From Perna viridis (lineage: Eukaryota), in the NCBI GenBank assembly GCA_037379345.1, contig CM074513.1:60057195-60121194 (forward strand): 64,000 bases of DNA. Direction: 5' to 3'. This document shows, in pieces, positions 1 through 13,954 of this stretch; position 1 is the first letter of the stretch; each line of letters starts with the position of its first letter. The position numbers were made by a program, and so were the translations under genes. The notes below the pieces were generated by a model. The model saw nothing but the letters and a program-made list of their open reading frames with translations, was not told the origin of the DNA and made no database searches.

Positions 1-380
1 GTAATATTGTCTGTATTAGTGTATGCAGGTGACACAGTTATATTGTCTGGATGATACAGTTATATTGTCTGTATTAGTGTATGCAGGTGACACAGTTATA
101 TTGTCTGTATTAGTGTATGCAGATGACACAGATATATTGTCAGAAACAAAAGAAGGCATGCAAACGATTTTAAACATTTTTCATGCCTTCAGCAATACAT
201 GGAAATTTTAGATCAATGTCAAGAAAACAAATGTCATGATATTTAGTAAAAAGAAAAATGAATAAAATACAGTATTCACTTTTCAATGATTTACCTTTAG
301 ATATTGTAGAAAAATGGTCTCGATCGGTGTAGTTTTCAAGTGCAATCATCTGAATGGTAAATTTCTAGACACGAAAAAAG
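1..380 (+). mobile_element. Degenerate non-LTR retrotransposon RT fragment (YADD region), preceded by 36-bp tandem copies of the YADD-coding segment
   Basis: Translates to VLVYADDTDILSETKEGMQTILNIF..WKF*INVKKTNVMIFSK; contains a stop and frameshifts. Confidence 0.75.
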
Positions 381-381
381 T

Positions 382-2100
382 TAATCAATCAATCTATAAA
401 ATCACTTCATTTCATATATAAATGATAATTATCTTAATCATTCTAAATATATACTTTAAACCTATGTAGAAACATTGGTATACAGATAAACATGCATATT
501 TTACAATATTAATGTACAGTTGCTGAGGAACAAAGATTAAAGTACAAATAGCCAACAGACAAAAAAGTAAGAGAGATAAATACAAAGTAGCATATAAAAA
601 GATGTGGGTTTATGTGTGGTGGGTAAAATCAGGGTGATGAGTAAATGACTAAATGAGAGAATCCATTTTCTTATTGATAATTCTGATAAATTGACACAAC
701 TTGCGGAGTTCAGACTTTTTTGTGGTATTCATTCATTTATTGAACTTTAAAACTTTGCAATTCACTAAAAACTTATCTGTATATATTTTTCTCTCTATCA
801 TGATGGAACTGCATTTTAGTATATAATGATATTCATCACCTATATCGCCATCCCAGCAAAAAAGGGCAGATTCTGTTACATATATCTCTTGATATGATTT
901 CCATCTCCCACTTTCAACAGAAAGTTTGATTTATAAGTCGAACTTTACATACCTTTATCATGAAGTACATCAAAATATTTTTCGATACCATGATCTTTTT
1001 TCAATAGTTGGTAATTCAATGTTTCAGCGCCATTTTCAATACTTGAATTTTTTCAACAGTGCTTTTTAGCCATTTACCATTGTATACACATTGATAGCGC
1101 CATATGTATTGCAGGCCACATTCATTCAAAATGTTTTCAATACCTTTAAGCCAAGATGACGAAAAAGATGTCGTGTTTGTTAGGTTGATTATCAGCTTAT
1201 AATGGTACTTAATTTTTGCTCTGGACCGTTTTAGAATTTCGCCCCAAAAGAAATCATTCTTACTTTAATATCTAAGACTAATGGACATATTCCTAATTCC
1301 TCATAAACCATGGAGCTAGGCGTTGTTGATTTAACTTGGAGTAGAAGTTTACAAAACTTCAAATGGATTTTTTCTATAATTTCATATTACCAAAGCCTCA
1401 TATTTCACAACCATACAGTAAGATTGGCTTGACAAGTTTATCAAACAGATCCAGCTGGCATTTAACTGAAAGATTATGTACTCGCCTTTTTTTCAGTAGA
1501 CTATACATGGCTTTATTTACCTTTTCAGCTAATTGATGTTTGCAGGTTTTAAAGTTTCCACTCTTCCCAAAATGTACATCCAAGTTGTCATTTACGATTT
1601 CTACAGCAGAATTGTTGTAGACAAAATTCATATTCTTTATTTGTCTTTTTCGACATTAACACTTGATTGCCATGCGTTACAGTACTCTTTAAATTTGTTC
1701 AATGAGTATTGCAGATTACTTACCGATTCATCATTGTATTAAAATGTCCTGGATTGATCTGTATAATGGGAGCTTTGATTAACAAATTGCATTTTCGTTA
1801 CATAGAGTTATCCTTCTTAGAACATGCATTTGTTTTTGTCCAAAACTCAATGCATCGGTTGATGTGGTTGGTTCCAGATTGGGTCGTCAATTTAATAGAA
1901 GTACTATTTTTAGCGTGTATGACGATTATAGGCATAATTGATCAGATTACTCTCCTACAATTGTTAAAACTGGTGTAGTATTTTACTTTTTGGATACTTT
2001 CTAGTGACTAGAGCAATGCAAATGTTCGATTGACGATGGATGGAGATATTTTAAGAATGAACAATTGACTTTATTGTCAAGTCAAATTTGTCTTGTCGAT
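382..2100 (-). mobile_element. Decayed LINE (RTE-X-like) 3' portion: RT C-terminus, C-terminal Cys/His knuckle, 3' UTR and short (ATTG)n tail
   Basis: Minus-strand KAMYSLLKK..KCQLDLFDKLVKPILLYGCEI, IEKIHLKFCK, ESGRW and IGDEYHYILKC motifs with frameshifts. AATCAATCAATC at ~383-394 is the tail. The upstream boundary is approximate. Confidence 0.75.
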
Positions 2101-3786
2101 ATTAATATGTACCTTTGTTTTATTTTTTTAGTTATGCTGCTCAATATTTGACCTCTTCTTTGGTTCTACGCAATACATTTCTATGACATCAGAGAATGAT
2201 AATTAATCAACTTAACGTAATACCATACTATAATGGAATAACTATTTTAGCTACGTACAAACATTAACATTCGTCCATCATTTTGAAATTCAAATTCAGT
2301 GTTAGTTTATAGTAACTGGTAATTGAGATGGGATCTTTTGTTATCCCCGTCATGTTTACAAATGAGGCCTGTAATAGATATGGATTTGTTTGTCATTACC
2401 TATATTGCGTTGTGACCCGAGAAAAAAAAACTTATCGCAAAATTACCCAGGGATCATCGAAACAAAAGACACGGTACATAAGAACAGTGTACACCAACAT
2501 TACTTTTCTCATCAAAGCTATGCGTACATAGTCATATATGATCTATATATACATGTATGATTTGTTAACCTCCGTAAAGATAGCATACATGTATATAATT
2601 ACTACGCAATTGAACAAGAAAGAAAAAAAAAAGAAAAAGACAGAAAGTAAAGCAAACTAAAGTTACAATGGTAACTACACGCGTACATACATTGTAAGAT
2701 GCTGTTAATTGTAGTCAGCGGTCTACACAATCATTACTTATCTCGTCAACGGTATGCATACATATTTATAGGAAATCGTTAATCATTTAAAGTGGAGATA
2801 AATGTAATTAAAAATCTAATCGCATAAAATGCGTTTGCAAAAGTATGAATTCCATGACAGGACGTTAAAAAGCCAAATAGTTTGTCTCTAAATTGCTCTA
2901 ATACCGCGGAAAAAAACTAACTTGATAAACATCTGACTGGGTAAGATCCAAATATTACATCAGGCAAATTATTGCATTAGCGCTAAAAATATGAGTGACT
3001 TGAACTTTCAAGAATTTCCTGTTGTGTATTTTTAGCATTACCAATTCTTATACAAGACTATAAATACATGTACGATGATGATATGTCTGTCGTGTAAATG
3101 ACTGTTATAGAGTAATGGTCCGATTCTACGTTCAGATATTTGACTCTCGTGTAGCCAATTTGATCTTTGTACTCTCCAAATATTTAATGGGTATCCTATA
3201 TTTAATGATATTCTGTTTTTTCACATCTCTATGTTTTTGGCATTTTATAACGTTCGGATTCCAGAGAACTTCTGTAAAACCCCGTCTAAATGGCTCTAAT
3301 AAAGCCATTTTAACAATGATGTATTGCCTGGTTTAAGAAATTGAACGTACGTGTTCGACACTTTTATCCATCTTTTATATTTCTGTAAGAGCATTTAGTA
3401 GTTTTTTCATGTAAATTTTGTGTTTGAATCAGCATTTCATTTAAGCTTATGAAACCAAATAATCTGTCACTGTTGGAGATGGGTTGTTAAGGTTATAAAA
3501 GCAGTATTAATATGATCGATTACTATTTCCCTGGTGTCTGGAGAATTCTTAGACTTTTAAGAAAATCAACCAATTATTTACACATTGGAATAAACGGTAG
3601 CATTGAACAAACGGCTTATCAGAGATATTTTTGATGACAAGACACGTAGATTTTTGTTCAGATTTTCAAGTATATTTTCAAATTTTGCGTTAATGTTCAT
3701 CATGACACATTGGTCATCTCGATATCTACCACAGGCGTGCTTGGTTCTGTTGTACTTCATATATCGACAGGGTATGTTTTGTCTGA

Positions 3787-4470
3787 AAGAGTAATCAAGG
3801 GAGTCAAGATTCTAGCGAAAATCAAAAGAATGTAATCCGGGGACAAAGTCCATACATGGAAAACAGACACACAAAACAAAGAACATAAAATAACAAAAAA
3901 ATATACATACAAAATAATAAAAGTAAATGAGCAACTCGGACTCCACTAAAAACCGGGAGCATGGACCAGGTGCACCGGTAGGGTAAGCGTCCTCTGCTTT
4001 TCTATAACACCCGCCGAGATCCACGAGTTCATGATGACGACCATAAAACCAATAGTGAAGATTTCAGTTATAGCAACATACTAGTAACCCTGTCCCAGAA
4101 GCTTAATTGTAAGAAGTCTAGCGCGGTACAATAAGTTTGCATAGTTAAGGTAAGCTCTGACAAAGTATGAGTTCTGATATGAATACCATACACAGGTACA
4201 GAAGGGATGTTGCCACAGATGAAAGAAAAGTTGACAATACGGAATAAAAAGTCATCGCGTTTGTCGTATAGTTTGGTCAACAGTTTTCCTTTTCCGTCGA
4301 TCTCTTTAGTGTAGGTCAAGATAAGAGGCTGATTTCACAGTGTCTGTAGTATCCATTATCTCAAATTGCGATATATAAAATCCTCGAAACTAGGATTGTT
4401 TAACGGTGATACGTCATCTATATATCGGAAACTGAGATCGAACGATCTGGTCGATTAACGATGTTCCTTC
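3787..4470 (-). mobile_element. Penelope-like retroelement fragment (family 1, copy A; internal deletion near 4018)
   Basis: FRYIDD at ~4412-4430, then KLLTKLYDKRDDF..IVNF.FICGNIPS and FYGRHHELVD. Shares the 3' end TTGATTACTCTT with the other copies. Confidence 0.85.
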
Positions 4471-4624
4471 CTTTGGATCAGATATATTTTTAATATTCAA
4501 AACAAAAAACGAAATCGGCAGGATCTTCATTATCTAAAAATAAATAGGCAGGATATAAAATTTCATCCTATCCCTAAAGATCAAATAGAGCTCCCCGACA
4601 AAACTGATCATCAAGTCTTTATAC

Positions 4625-6060
4625 ATGATACAGAACTGCGATTAACAAAGCATAACCACAGACCACGATTTTACACCTAACACAGAACTGCCGAATAAGA
4701 AAGCATAGACCACGAATCTCTATACCTTACACAGAATTGACGAATAACAAAAAGATAGGTACAGTCCACGGCTCTCTATAGATTACACAGAACTGACGAG
4801 TAACAAAGGATAGACAGTCCACGACTCTATACCTAATACAAAACTGACCAATAATAAAGCATATAAAAAGGCCACGACTCTACACATAACACACAACTAA
4901 CGAATAACAAAGGATAGACACAGTCCACGACTCTTTATCTAACAAAGAACTACAGAATAACAAAGAATAGACATATGCCACGGCTGTACATCTGACACAG
5001 AACTACCAAATAACAATTGATAGACACATATCACGACTCTATACCTAACTTGGAACTGTTGACTAACAAAAGATAGACACAGTCCACGGTTCTTCACTTA
5101 ATAAAATGACGAATAACAAAGGATAACCACAGACCACGATTTTACACCTAACACAAAACTGTCAAATAACAAAGGATAGACACATGTTATGTCTCTTCAC
5201 CTACCCCAGAACTGCCGAATAACAAATGATAGACACAGAATACGACTCTATACCTAACTTAGAACTGCCGAATAACAAAGGATAGACACAGTCCACGATT
5301 CTACATTTAATACAGAACTGGCAAATAACAAGGGATAACCACAGACCAGGGTTTTACACCTAACACAGAACTGCCGAATAATTAAGCATAAACACAGTCC
5401 ACGACTCTCTTTACCTTACACAGAACTGATGAATAACAAAGCATAAACACAGTCCACGACTCTCTTTACCTTACACAGAACTGACGAATAACAAAGGATA
5501 GGCACAGACCACGATTCTACACCTAACACTGAAATGGAGGATAACAAAGCACAGACACAGTCCACGACTCTCTATACCTTATACGGAACTGAAGAGTAAA
5601 AAAGGATAGACACAGTCCACGACTCTATATCTAACTTAGAACTGTTGAATAACAAAGGATAGACATAGTCCACCGTTCTTCACTTAATACAGAACTGCCG
5701 AATAACAAAGGATAGACACAGGTTATGTCTCTACACCTACCCTAGAACTGACGAATAACAGACCAGGCGCAGACCACGACGCTTTACCTAACCTTGAACG
5801 GTTGAATAACAAATGGTAGACACAGTCGACGGTTCTTCACCTAATACAGAATTGACGAATAACAAAAGATATCAACAGACCACGACTGTATACCTAAATT
5901 AGAACTGTTGATTAACAAAGGATAGACACAATCCACGACTTTAACTTAACACAGAACTGACGAATAACAAGGGATAGACACAGACCATGACTCTATACTT
6001 AACATAGAATTGACGAATAACAAAGGACAGACTCAGTCGACTCGATACATAACACAGACT
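4625..6060. repeat. Diverged 53-bp minisatellite (~27 units)
   Basis: Consensus CACAGAACTGACGAATAACAAAGGATAGACACAGTCCACGACTCTATACCTAA. Confidence 0.92.
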
Positions 6061-6815
6061 TGACAAGCTATTTAAGTATTGTCCTATCTAATTGTTGTTA
6101 TCTGACAAGCTATTTCTACGGGGCGCCGAATGGGACAATGGGACTCGTGTGGTTTTGTACTCAAAATTCAATTTTGTACAGACAAAATTCAATTTTGTTC
6201 AACAAAAACGAGTTCTAATTAACAAAATTATTAACATATTTCGAATTTTCAATTTTGTGTCACAAATGTCAATTCTGTGTCACAAAATTCAATTTTGTGA
6301 GACAAAAGTCTACTTCGTGTCACAAAATTAAATTTTGTGTGACAAAATTTATTTTTTCACAAAAGACAATTTTGTCACAAAATTCAATTTTGTGAGACTT
6401 TTTGTCATAAAAGTCTATTTTGTATGCAAATTAGTATACAGAATCATTTGAATATGCAGAGGAATTCTCTCATCACGATTTTGTAAGAAGATTTCTCAGT
6501 GGATATAGTAACAGGTTTCCGATTACTTCGAGCAACGCAGGACGGTTAAGGTCGTTTTAAGTGAGATATTAAAAAATCTTGGTTGCATTCTACAGTAAAA
6601 CTGTTTTGAAATTACTGAAATTGCTATTATACGTTTACTATGAGATTTGTTTGATAAAACAGATTTTAAAATACGCGATTTTCCTACTTTCGATTTATTG
6701 GGATTTTCCCTGGTGAATCACGTGATCATTTCCTGACATCTTTCAACTCAACTATAAAATGCTTTTGCCCGACCTGTTAATTGCAACCAAATTTGTTAAA
6801 ATTTGACCAGATAAT

Positions 6816-6988
6816 AATAGGGTAATTAACTGGAAAGAGTGAATAACCAAAATAAGATCAGGGGTGCCTAAGACCGCCTAGATTTAACGAGTGTGCGGAA
6901 CTTGTTCCGCGCACGAGTTAAATCAATGCGTTCTTGGCACGAGTGATCATATTTTGGTTATTCACTCTTTCCAATTGATTATCCTATT
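6816..6988. repeat. 173-bp imperfect palindrome (fold-back element, possibly Crypton-related)
   Basis: Arms AATAGGGTAATTAACTGGAAAGAGTGAATAACCAAAATA.. and ..TATTTTGGTTATTCACTCTTTCCAATTGATTATCCTATT, centred on GGAAC-TT-GTTCC at ~6902. Confidence 0.85.
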
Positions 6989-7249
6989 TGTTACATAGAT
7001 TTCCTGCATTATTCATTGTTATTTTCAACGTGAACGGCGGAATGATATTCGTGTCGTGATGTTTCGGTAGGGGAAAGCGCGTGAGTGAAATTATCGAATT
7101 TATTTCACAGTGTGAATTATCAGAATTTATTACACTGGAAACATTCGATAAAACACTGCTATCTATATGATAGTTGTATTAATGTATTTGTCCCAAATTT
7201 TGTTGGAAAAAAGAAATTGAATTGTCAGATTAGCCAAGAAAATCATATT

Positions 7250-7429
7250 AGAGTAATAAAGGGAACCAAGGTTATACCGAGCGGTAATCAAAAGAATGCA
7301 GTCCAGGGACAAAGACCAGACATGGAAAACAGATATACACAACAAAGAACATAAAGTAACTAAAATCATACATACAAAGTAACAAAAGCAATGAGCAACT
7401 TGGACTCCACCAAAAACTGGGAGCATGGA
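7250..7429 (-). mobile_element. Penelope-like family 1, 3'-terminal fragment (copy D), nested in the MITE
   Basis: Closely matches the reverse complement of 24535-24712 and is homologous to 22030-22210. Confidence 0.85.
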
Positions 7430-8739
7430 AATACATGTATGTTGTGCGGTGAAATTTGTTAATCTGCTGTCCAAGTCGGTTAAAGATTATTTTGTTCCAC
7501 TATCCCTCACGATTTTTTGCCAGATACAGATAGATTTCTTATTTCATTCCGATTCTATTGATGTATGACACAAGAAATTCGGTTGAGTGGAACAGGTCGG
7601 GCGAGATGAAAAACCGACAGAGTATGAGTCTAACTTTCGTTTCCCTTTTGTTTACAAATGCTCAAATGATCTTAGATTCACGATTAAGTGACAAAGTGGG
7701 TTATACGATTACGATATCCGATATTTCTTTCACTTAGGTGCTTTATTATAACGGTGTACATCAGTACCTTATCCACTGTATTGCAGTGAATAGTCTAATA
7801 CACGTGTACATGATGCTGCACATTTTGAATTTATTTGCATATCCAAAGGATTCTGTAAACTAATTTGCATACTAAATTGATTTTAGTGACACAAAATTGA
7901 ATTTTGTCTCACAGAATTGAATTTTGTTACATAAAATAGACTTTTGTCTCACAAAATTGATTTTTGTGAGACAAAATTGACTTTGATTACAAAAAAGATC
8001 AAGTCCCGTTCGGCGCCTCGTAATTTCTGTAAGAATTGTTTTTCTATAGTCGTCAGGTAACTCGTTATGTTAGTCCTGGTCAGTTTCATTTGGTAAGTGC
8101 TTTGGGATGTCAATTAAGGCTATTTTCTCTGTCGGTAGGTATTTACATCTAATTTCATCTAACCAGTGATTATTGTGCCTCTGTGTGCACTAATGATACA
8201 ATAAAGTAAATTAAAAAGTCTTTTTACGGTCAGCGAGAGATCCATTGTAGCCACATGATACATGGCAGGGAAAAGAACATCAATTGTTTTGGTCTTCCTC
8301 CAGATTAATCAAATAATCCAATCAATATTGGTGGCGTTTGGTTTCTGAGCAGGGATAAGGAAAATATTGCTTTCTGCTAGCAGTTTGACGGGATAGGAAA
8401 CGTTATAGTTATTTTCTAATTAAGATTTTGTTTCCTGCAGACCATGATATGTTTGCCGTGGTTATCAATACTCTAGCGCCTCGACTTCCCATTCTTTTGT
8501 AACGGATTCTCTTGTTTTGCGTATTATATTGCATAAACAGAATTATTTCGTATTGCTCCTGTATATTTATCATTTGTTTTTATGATAAAAATTTTTAATC
8601 TATTGTGTATGCATTCTGTATGTTGGTACTGATATCATGGCTAATTTGTCAATTGTCTAGTTTCTAAGTGTAAGTATCTTATTAGTAATTGTAGCTAAGA
8701 CCAGAAAGGTGGTCAATATTTAGTCAAAAGTCAATTTGT

Positions 8740-9008
8740 ACCGACCATTTTTTTTTTTTTTGGGGGGGGGGGGGGTCATGATGAAGTTTTCTATCTTACA
8801 TTTTTGTTTTGAGAAAATATAGTCCATGTTTTTTTTTTAAATTTTGTTTATACATACAATAAAAATTAGGACAATGACAAATCCAGTTTTTTTTATAATT
8901 TAGTTCAATACCTTTCCTACCTTTTTATTTTAGGAAAACTCAATTTGGATTCTGCTTTTTTATTTCAAATTTCACCCTAATCTCCATATAAATCAAATGG
9001 TAGTTTCC
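8740..9008. mobile_element. Small MITE-like element (ACCATTT..poly-G / CCC..AAATCAAATGGT ends)
   Basis: Degenerate inverted ends; similar architecture to 51981-52143. Confidence 0.45.
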
Positions 9009-9019
9009 AAAGTCTGTTA

Positions 9020-9655
9020 ACCGTTACCTTTGCATATTTATAGCCAATACTACATAGAAGTGGAGTTGTAGCCCTCCGGCGCCGCGTGTTTTGGTACGTC
9101 TTGCGTCCAAGTCGGTTTGTTACCTTCTTGTGTCTGTAGCCCAAAATTACGTAGAAGTGGGTTTGTTGTCCCCTGTGTCTTTTAGAAAGGGTCGTGTCCA
9201 AGTCAATTTGTAACATTCGTATGTTTGTAGCCAGTATTACGTAGAAGTGGGTTTGTTTTCCTCTGTGTGTTTTAGTAAGTGTCGTGTCCAAGTCAATTTG
9301 TTGTTGCCAATATTACGTAGAAGTGGATTTGTTTTAGTAAGTGTGTTTAGTAAGTATCGCGTCCGAGTCGGTTTGTTACCTTCGTATGTTTGTAGCCAAT
9401 ATTACGTAGAAGTGGAATTGTAGCCCTCCGTGTGTTCTAGTAAGTCTCGCGCCAAAGTCGTATGTTTGGAGCCAATATTACGTAGAAGTGGAATTGTAAC
9501 CCTCCGTGTGTTTTAATATAAATGTCGCGTCAAAGTCGTTTTGTTACCTCCGTATGTTTGTAGCTAATATTACGTAGAAGTGGAAATGTAACCCTCCGTG
9601 TTTTTTAATATAAATGTCGCGTCAAAGTCGGTTTGTTACCTTCGTATGTTTGTAT
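9020..9655. repeat. ~90-bp minisatellite (7 units, some shortened to ~76 bp)
   Basis: TAGAAGTGG recurs at ~9056, 9152, 9242, 9318, 9407, 9483 and 9575. Confidence 0.88.
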
Positions 9656-9974
9656 TCAATAAGACTTTTAGTCAATGTTACGACCAAGGCTATTTGAAAC
9701 TTCCAGTAATAGTAATCATTGTTACGGCCCAAGCTTGTGATTGACTTACGAATGTTGTTTATTGCAGAATTGACTTGTTTATGTCACGATTTATATATGG
9801 AGTCAACATGGTAATGTTACGATATTTGATATCATCTCCTGCTAATGGATGATATCTGCGGTGGAATAGGCTTGCTGAAGTTGCCTGCTTATGTTACGAC
9901 ATACATATAAGTGATGTCTGTCGTGGAATTGACTTGCTGATGTTGTCTATTTATGTTACGATATCAATGGATGA

Positions 9975-11425
9975 TGGTAGAACTGACTTGATATATTGTC
10001 TATGGTAGAATTGACTTAGTGTGTATGATGTTTATGGTAGAGTCGACTTAGTGTGTATGATATCTATGGTAAAATTGATTTGATGTGTATTACTGACTAA
10101 GTATGTATGCTGTCTATGGTGGAATTTCCTAAGTGTGTATGATGTCTATGGTAGAATTGACTTGATGTGTATGACTGACTTAGTATGTATTTTGTCTATG
10201 GTAGAATTGACTAAGTGTAGATGATGTCTATGGTAAAATTGACTTGATGTATATGACTGACTTAGTATGTATCTTGTCTATGATAGAATTGACTTAATGT
10301 GTATAATGTCTATGATAAAATTGAACTGATGTGTATGACTGGCTCAGTATGTATGTTGTCTGTTTTAGAATTGACTTACTGTACATGATGTCTATGGTAG
10401 AATTTCTTGGTATGTATGATGTCTGTGGTATAATTGCTTTAGTTTGTATGATGTCTATGATAGAATTGACTTAGCGTGTATGACGTCTATGGTAGAATTG
10501 ACTTAGCGTGTATGACGTCTATGGTAGAATTGACTTAGTGTGCATGATGTCTATGGTAGAATTTCTTGGTGTGTATGATGTCTGTGGTATAATTGACTTA
10601 GTGTGTATGATGTCTGTGGTATAATTGACTTAGTGTGCATGATGTCTATGGTGGAATTTCTTGGTGTGTATGATGTCTATGATAGAATTGACTTAGTGTG
10701 TATGATGTCTGTGGTATAATTGACTTAGTGTGTATGATGTCTATGGTAGAATTGACTTAGTGTGTATGACGTCTATTGTATAATTGACTTAGTGTGCATG
10801 ATGTCTATGGTAGAATTGACTTAGTGTGTATGATGTCTGTGGTATAATTGACTTAGTGTGTATGATGTCTGTGGTATAATTGACTTAGTGTGTATGACGT
10901 CTATGGTAGAATTGACTTAGTGTGTATGATGTCTATGGTAGAACTGACTTAGTGTGTATGACGTCTATGGTAGAATTTCTTGGTGTGTATGATGTCTATG
11001 ATAGAATTGACTTAGTGTGTATGATGTCTGTGGTATAATTGACTTAGTGTGCATGATGTCTATGGTAGAATTTCTTGGTGTGTATGATGTCTATGATAGA
11101 ATTGACTTAGTGTGTATGATGTCTGTGGTATAATTGACTTAGTGTGTATGATGTCTATGGTAGAATTGACTTAGTGTGTATGACGTCTATTGTATAATTG
11201 ACTTAGTGTGCATGATGTCTATGGTAGAATTGACTTAGTGTAATATATGATAGTGTCGACTTAGTGTATGATGTCTATGGTAAAATTGATTTGATGTGTA
11301 CGACTAAGTATGTATGTTATCTGTGGTAGAATTTGCTTTGTGTGTATGTTGTCTGTGGTATAATTGACTTAGTGTGTATGATGTCTATGGTAGAATTAAC
11401 TTACTGTGTATGATGTCTATGGTAT
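9975..11425. repeat. 32-bp minisatellite (~45 units) with a homogeneous core and decayed flanks
   Basis: Unit TGTATGATGTCTATGGTAGAATTGACTTAGTG, with a 31-bp ATTTCTTGG variant. Confidence 0.95.
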
Positions 11426-13240
11426 ATATGATATTTATAAGTTGTCTTTCTGAACCAATTAGATGTCCATGTCACTTCCGAGTGTCAATTTCAGTTTACC
11501 TTTCAAAAACTATATAGATTCGTAGTACGTAATTTTTAAACCACTGTACTGTGTCACCTTCTAACAATTGGATAAAAAAAGCTGTATTTGCAGAAACAAA
11601 TTAATTGAATGTTTTCTTCCTTTTCATTGCCTTGTGTTTTTCACCTAGTGATTATGGTGAAATAGTTGATTAGAAAGTCTGTTTTAATAAAATTCCGACG
11701 AACCTAGAGCGTAAATCGATAAACATTGAGTAATTGGTGTGATCTCATGATGCTAAAATAATGAAAATTATTGGTATTTTGTCAATTAAGAGTGACTCAT
11801 AAAACATCTTTGAGGAACACATAAAGCGGTGATTTAAGAGGTTTAAACTAAATGGGAGATTTTCGATGGAATTGATGGTAGTTCTCCTCCTCTGCTACAG
11901 CTTTGATGTAAACGTCTCTGAAAACAAAGCTTATTGTAACATGTTTTATCAGACAGTGAGTCAGCACTTTCAAGTCCATGCTGGGGACAATGTTGTCAAC
12001 ACGAACTTAAGTCGATGACTTAGTGACGCAGTACACAAATGACGAGACATCACGAATTAATTTAAGCAAGAAAGACAACATTCTACTAATTTGCATGTCG
12101 AAGTAAAATTAACTGTGCCAACTTCTTAATTCTCCAATTACTAATTAAAATGAAGATACAAAAATCAAGACATAAAGAAAATTGATCTGATAAATTACAA
12201 AGGAAACAAAAGAATTATTAATGGGACCTGGAAGTTGTACACGAGAGTGTGCTTAAATTGATTCCATATCACTGCAGACTTCGTTTCATCGTCATGGGAA
12301 CACACGAAGTAAGTGGACACATGTCCATGGCATTTTACATTGTTAGTCATTCACAGTTCGGTCTATGGTTGTATCACAATACTTATGTTCTTTTGTTTGT
12401 TAATTGTTTTTATAGCTAAAAAGATGCTCTCCTCACATCGATCCTTATAAATGATTTTGATGCCGAATATGTTCGTAAAAAATAACTAATAAACACGATA
12501 AATGATTAAATCAAACTACAGCACACTGAACGATTTGTATCAGGTGTAACTACATGTCAGAAAAGATAATTTGTTGTGTAATTAAGTTAAGATTTCAGCG
12601 CCTTTTAATCTACAACATGCCTGTAGATTAGTGACAATTGATGGGCCATTAATTGGTTCTGGCATCTCTCCGACATTTCTGACCCCGGTAAACAATTGTA
12701 TTTCTCTAAAGTACCATTAAGTTTGACCTACTTATAATTTTAAGCCATGCGACTTTAGTTTCTAAAAGACTTATGTACGTTATATTTGTTCTCATAGTAG
12801 TCTCCGATCTAGATACATTTTACAAGTTTTGGGTAAAAGTTAATTGGTATTCCATGAAACCTTGTCTTATCGTCATTTATCATCAGGAGGTTTCGAATTT
12901 CTGTCAGATTCTTGATTAAACAAAACCAGAACAAATTGACATCAGAGCAGATGATTCCAATGTTTCTACTCCGTCAGTCAGGTGGAAAAAGACAATAATG
13001 AGGCGTCATCAGTCATCTTCCAACGTGGTTCTGTCTAGAGTTTGTAATCAAATAATTATACGCACACCTGCTGATTAAAACAAACACCTTAGTGATTTGA
13101 TTTCCCGCCACTGCTGGAAGTAGATGTGTCTAATTTGTCTGCCACCTCATCACGCTCTATTGGCAACAAGAAGCTGCAAGTACTACACGATCGAGGTAAT
13201 ACGTATAAACATATTTAAATGGATACCGTCTTAATAGCAT

Positions 13241-13690
13241 TATACCACCTCCCGCAAACAAAACTTTAAAGATATATAGAACTCCTTACATCCGTCTGTC
13301 TGTCCGTTCGTCCGTCCACATTTCCTTTAGTTGCACTTATTCCTGAACTGTTCAATGGATTTTGAAATAAGGCATTATATGTAGATGTGCATGAAGAAAA
13401 ATAACTGTAATCATATGCCTGCAAAAAGGATAATCGTACTTACGGGTTAGTGTGATGACTTTGGACGCTCAACTCCTCCTAAACAGTTTTATGGACTTTG
13501 ATGACATTTTATAGGACGGTCAGGTCAGGGATAGTATGTATATCTGCAGGAAGGCATTGTCCGATGCCTGCAAAGGGAGATAATCAAATTTGAGGTTTAA
13601 TGTGAAGACCATGTAAACTTATTTTCTTCCAAACATCTTTATGGCAACATCTATTGAGCGTATACAGGCCTGCAATTACTATTATTTTTC
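13241..13690 (+). mobile_element. Decayed Helentron-associated (HINE/pearl-like) element
   Basis: TTATACC..CCCGCAAAC start, (GTCY)n microsatellite at ~13291-13317, then two ~150-bp core repeats (ATGCCTGCAAA.GG..ATAATC at ~13415 and ~13564). Confidence 0.55.
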
Positions 13691-13954
13691 TTTTCCAAAT
13701 ATCTTAGGAAAAATCAGCCATTGTTGACTTAAGTTGGCAGGATATGTCATGAAACTACATTCGAAATTGCTGTGAAACTGTATATTAGGATGCCGGCAGC
13801 TAATAACGCAGAAGGTAAATAAACGAGTCACTGTTATTACTGCTGAATGTGACTCTTTACTGTTCTAAAACTGATCAAAGATGTCGCCAATACTATAAAG
13901 AGAAAAATCCTTCAAGGCAAATGTCTAGACATGGAAAGGGTTTTCCTGGTGTAT

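Larger units (their letters stand above)
6117..8022. mobile_element. Non-autonomous TIR DNA transposon (IS3EU-like TAY..RTA termini) with nested insertions
   Basis: TIRs TACGGGGCGCCGAATGGGAC / GTCCCGTTCGGCGCCTCGTA; ATTTC duplicated at 6112-6116 and 8023-8027; ~21-bp CACAAAATTCAATTTTGT subterminal repeats at both ends. Confidence 0.8.

Noticed and set aside
4625-6060. Tandem hammerhead ribozymes (CTGACGA in many 53-bp units)
   Set aside because: No GAAA box or stem II/III follows the CTGANGA.
8030-8065. Minus-strand minimal hammerhead CTGACGA-CTATA-GAAA
   Set aside because: Stem I cannot form and stem III is at most 2 bp.
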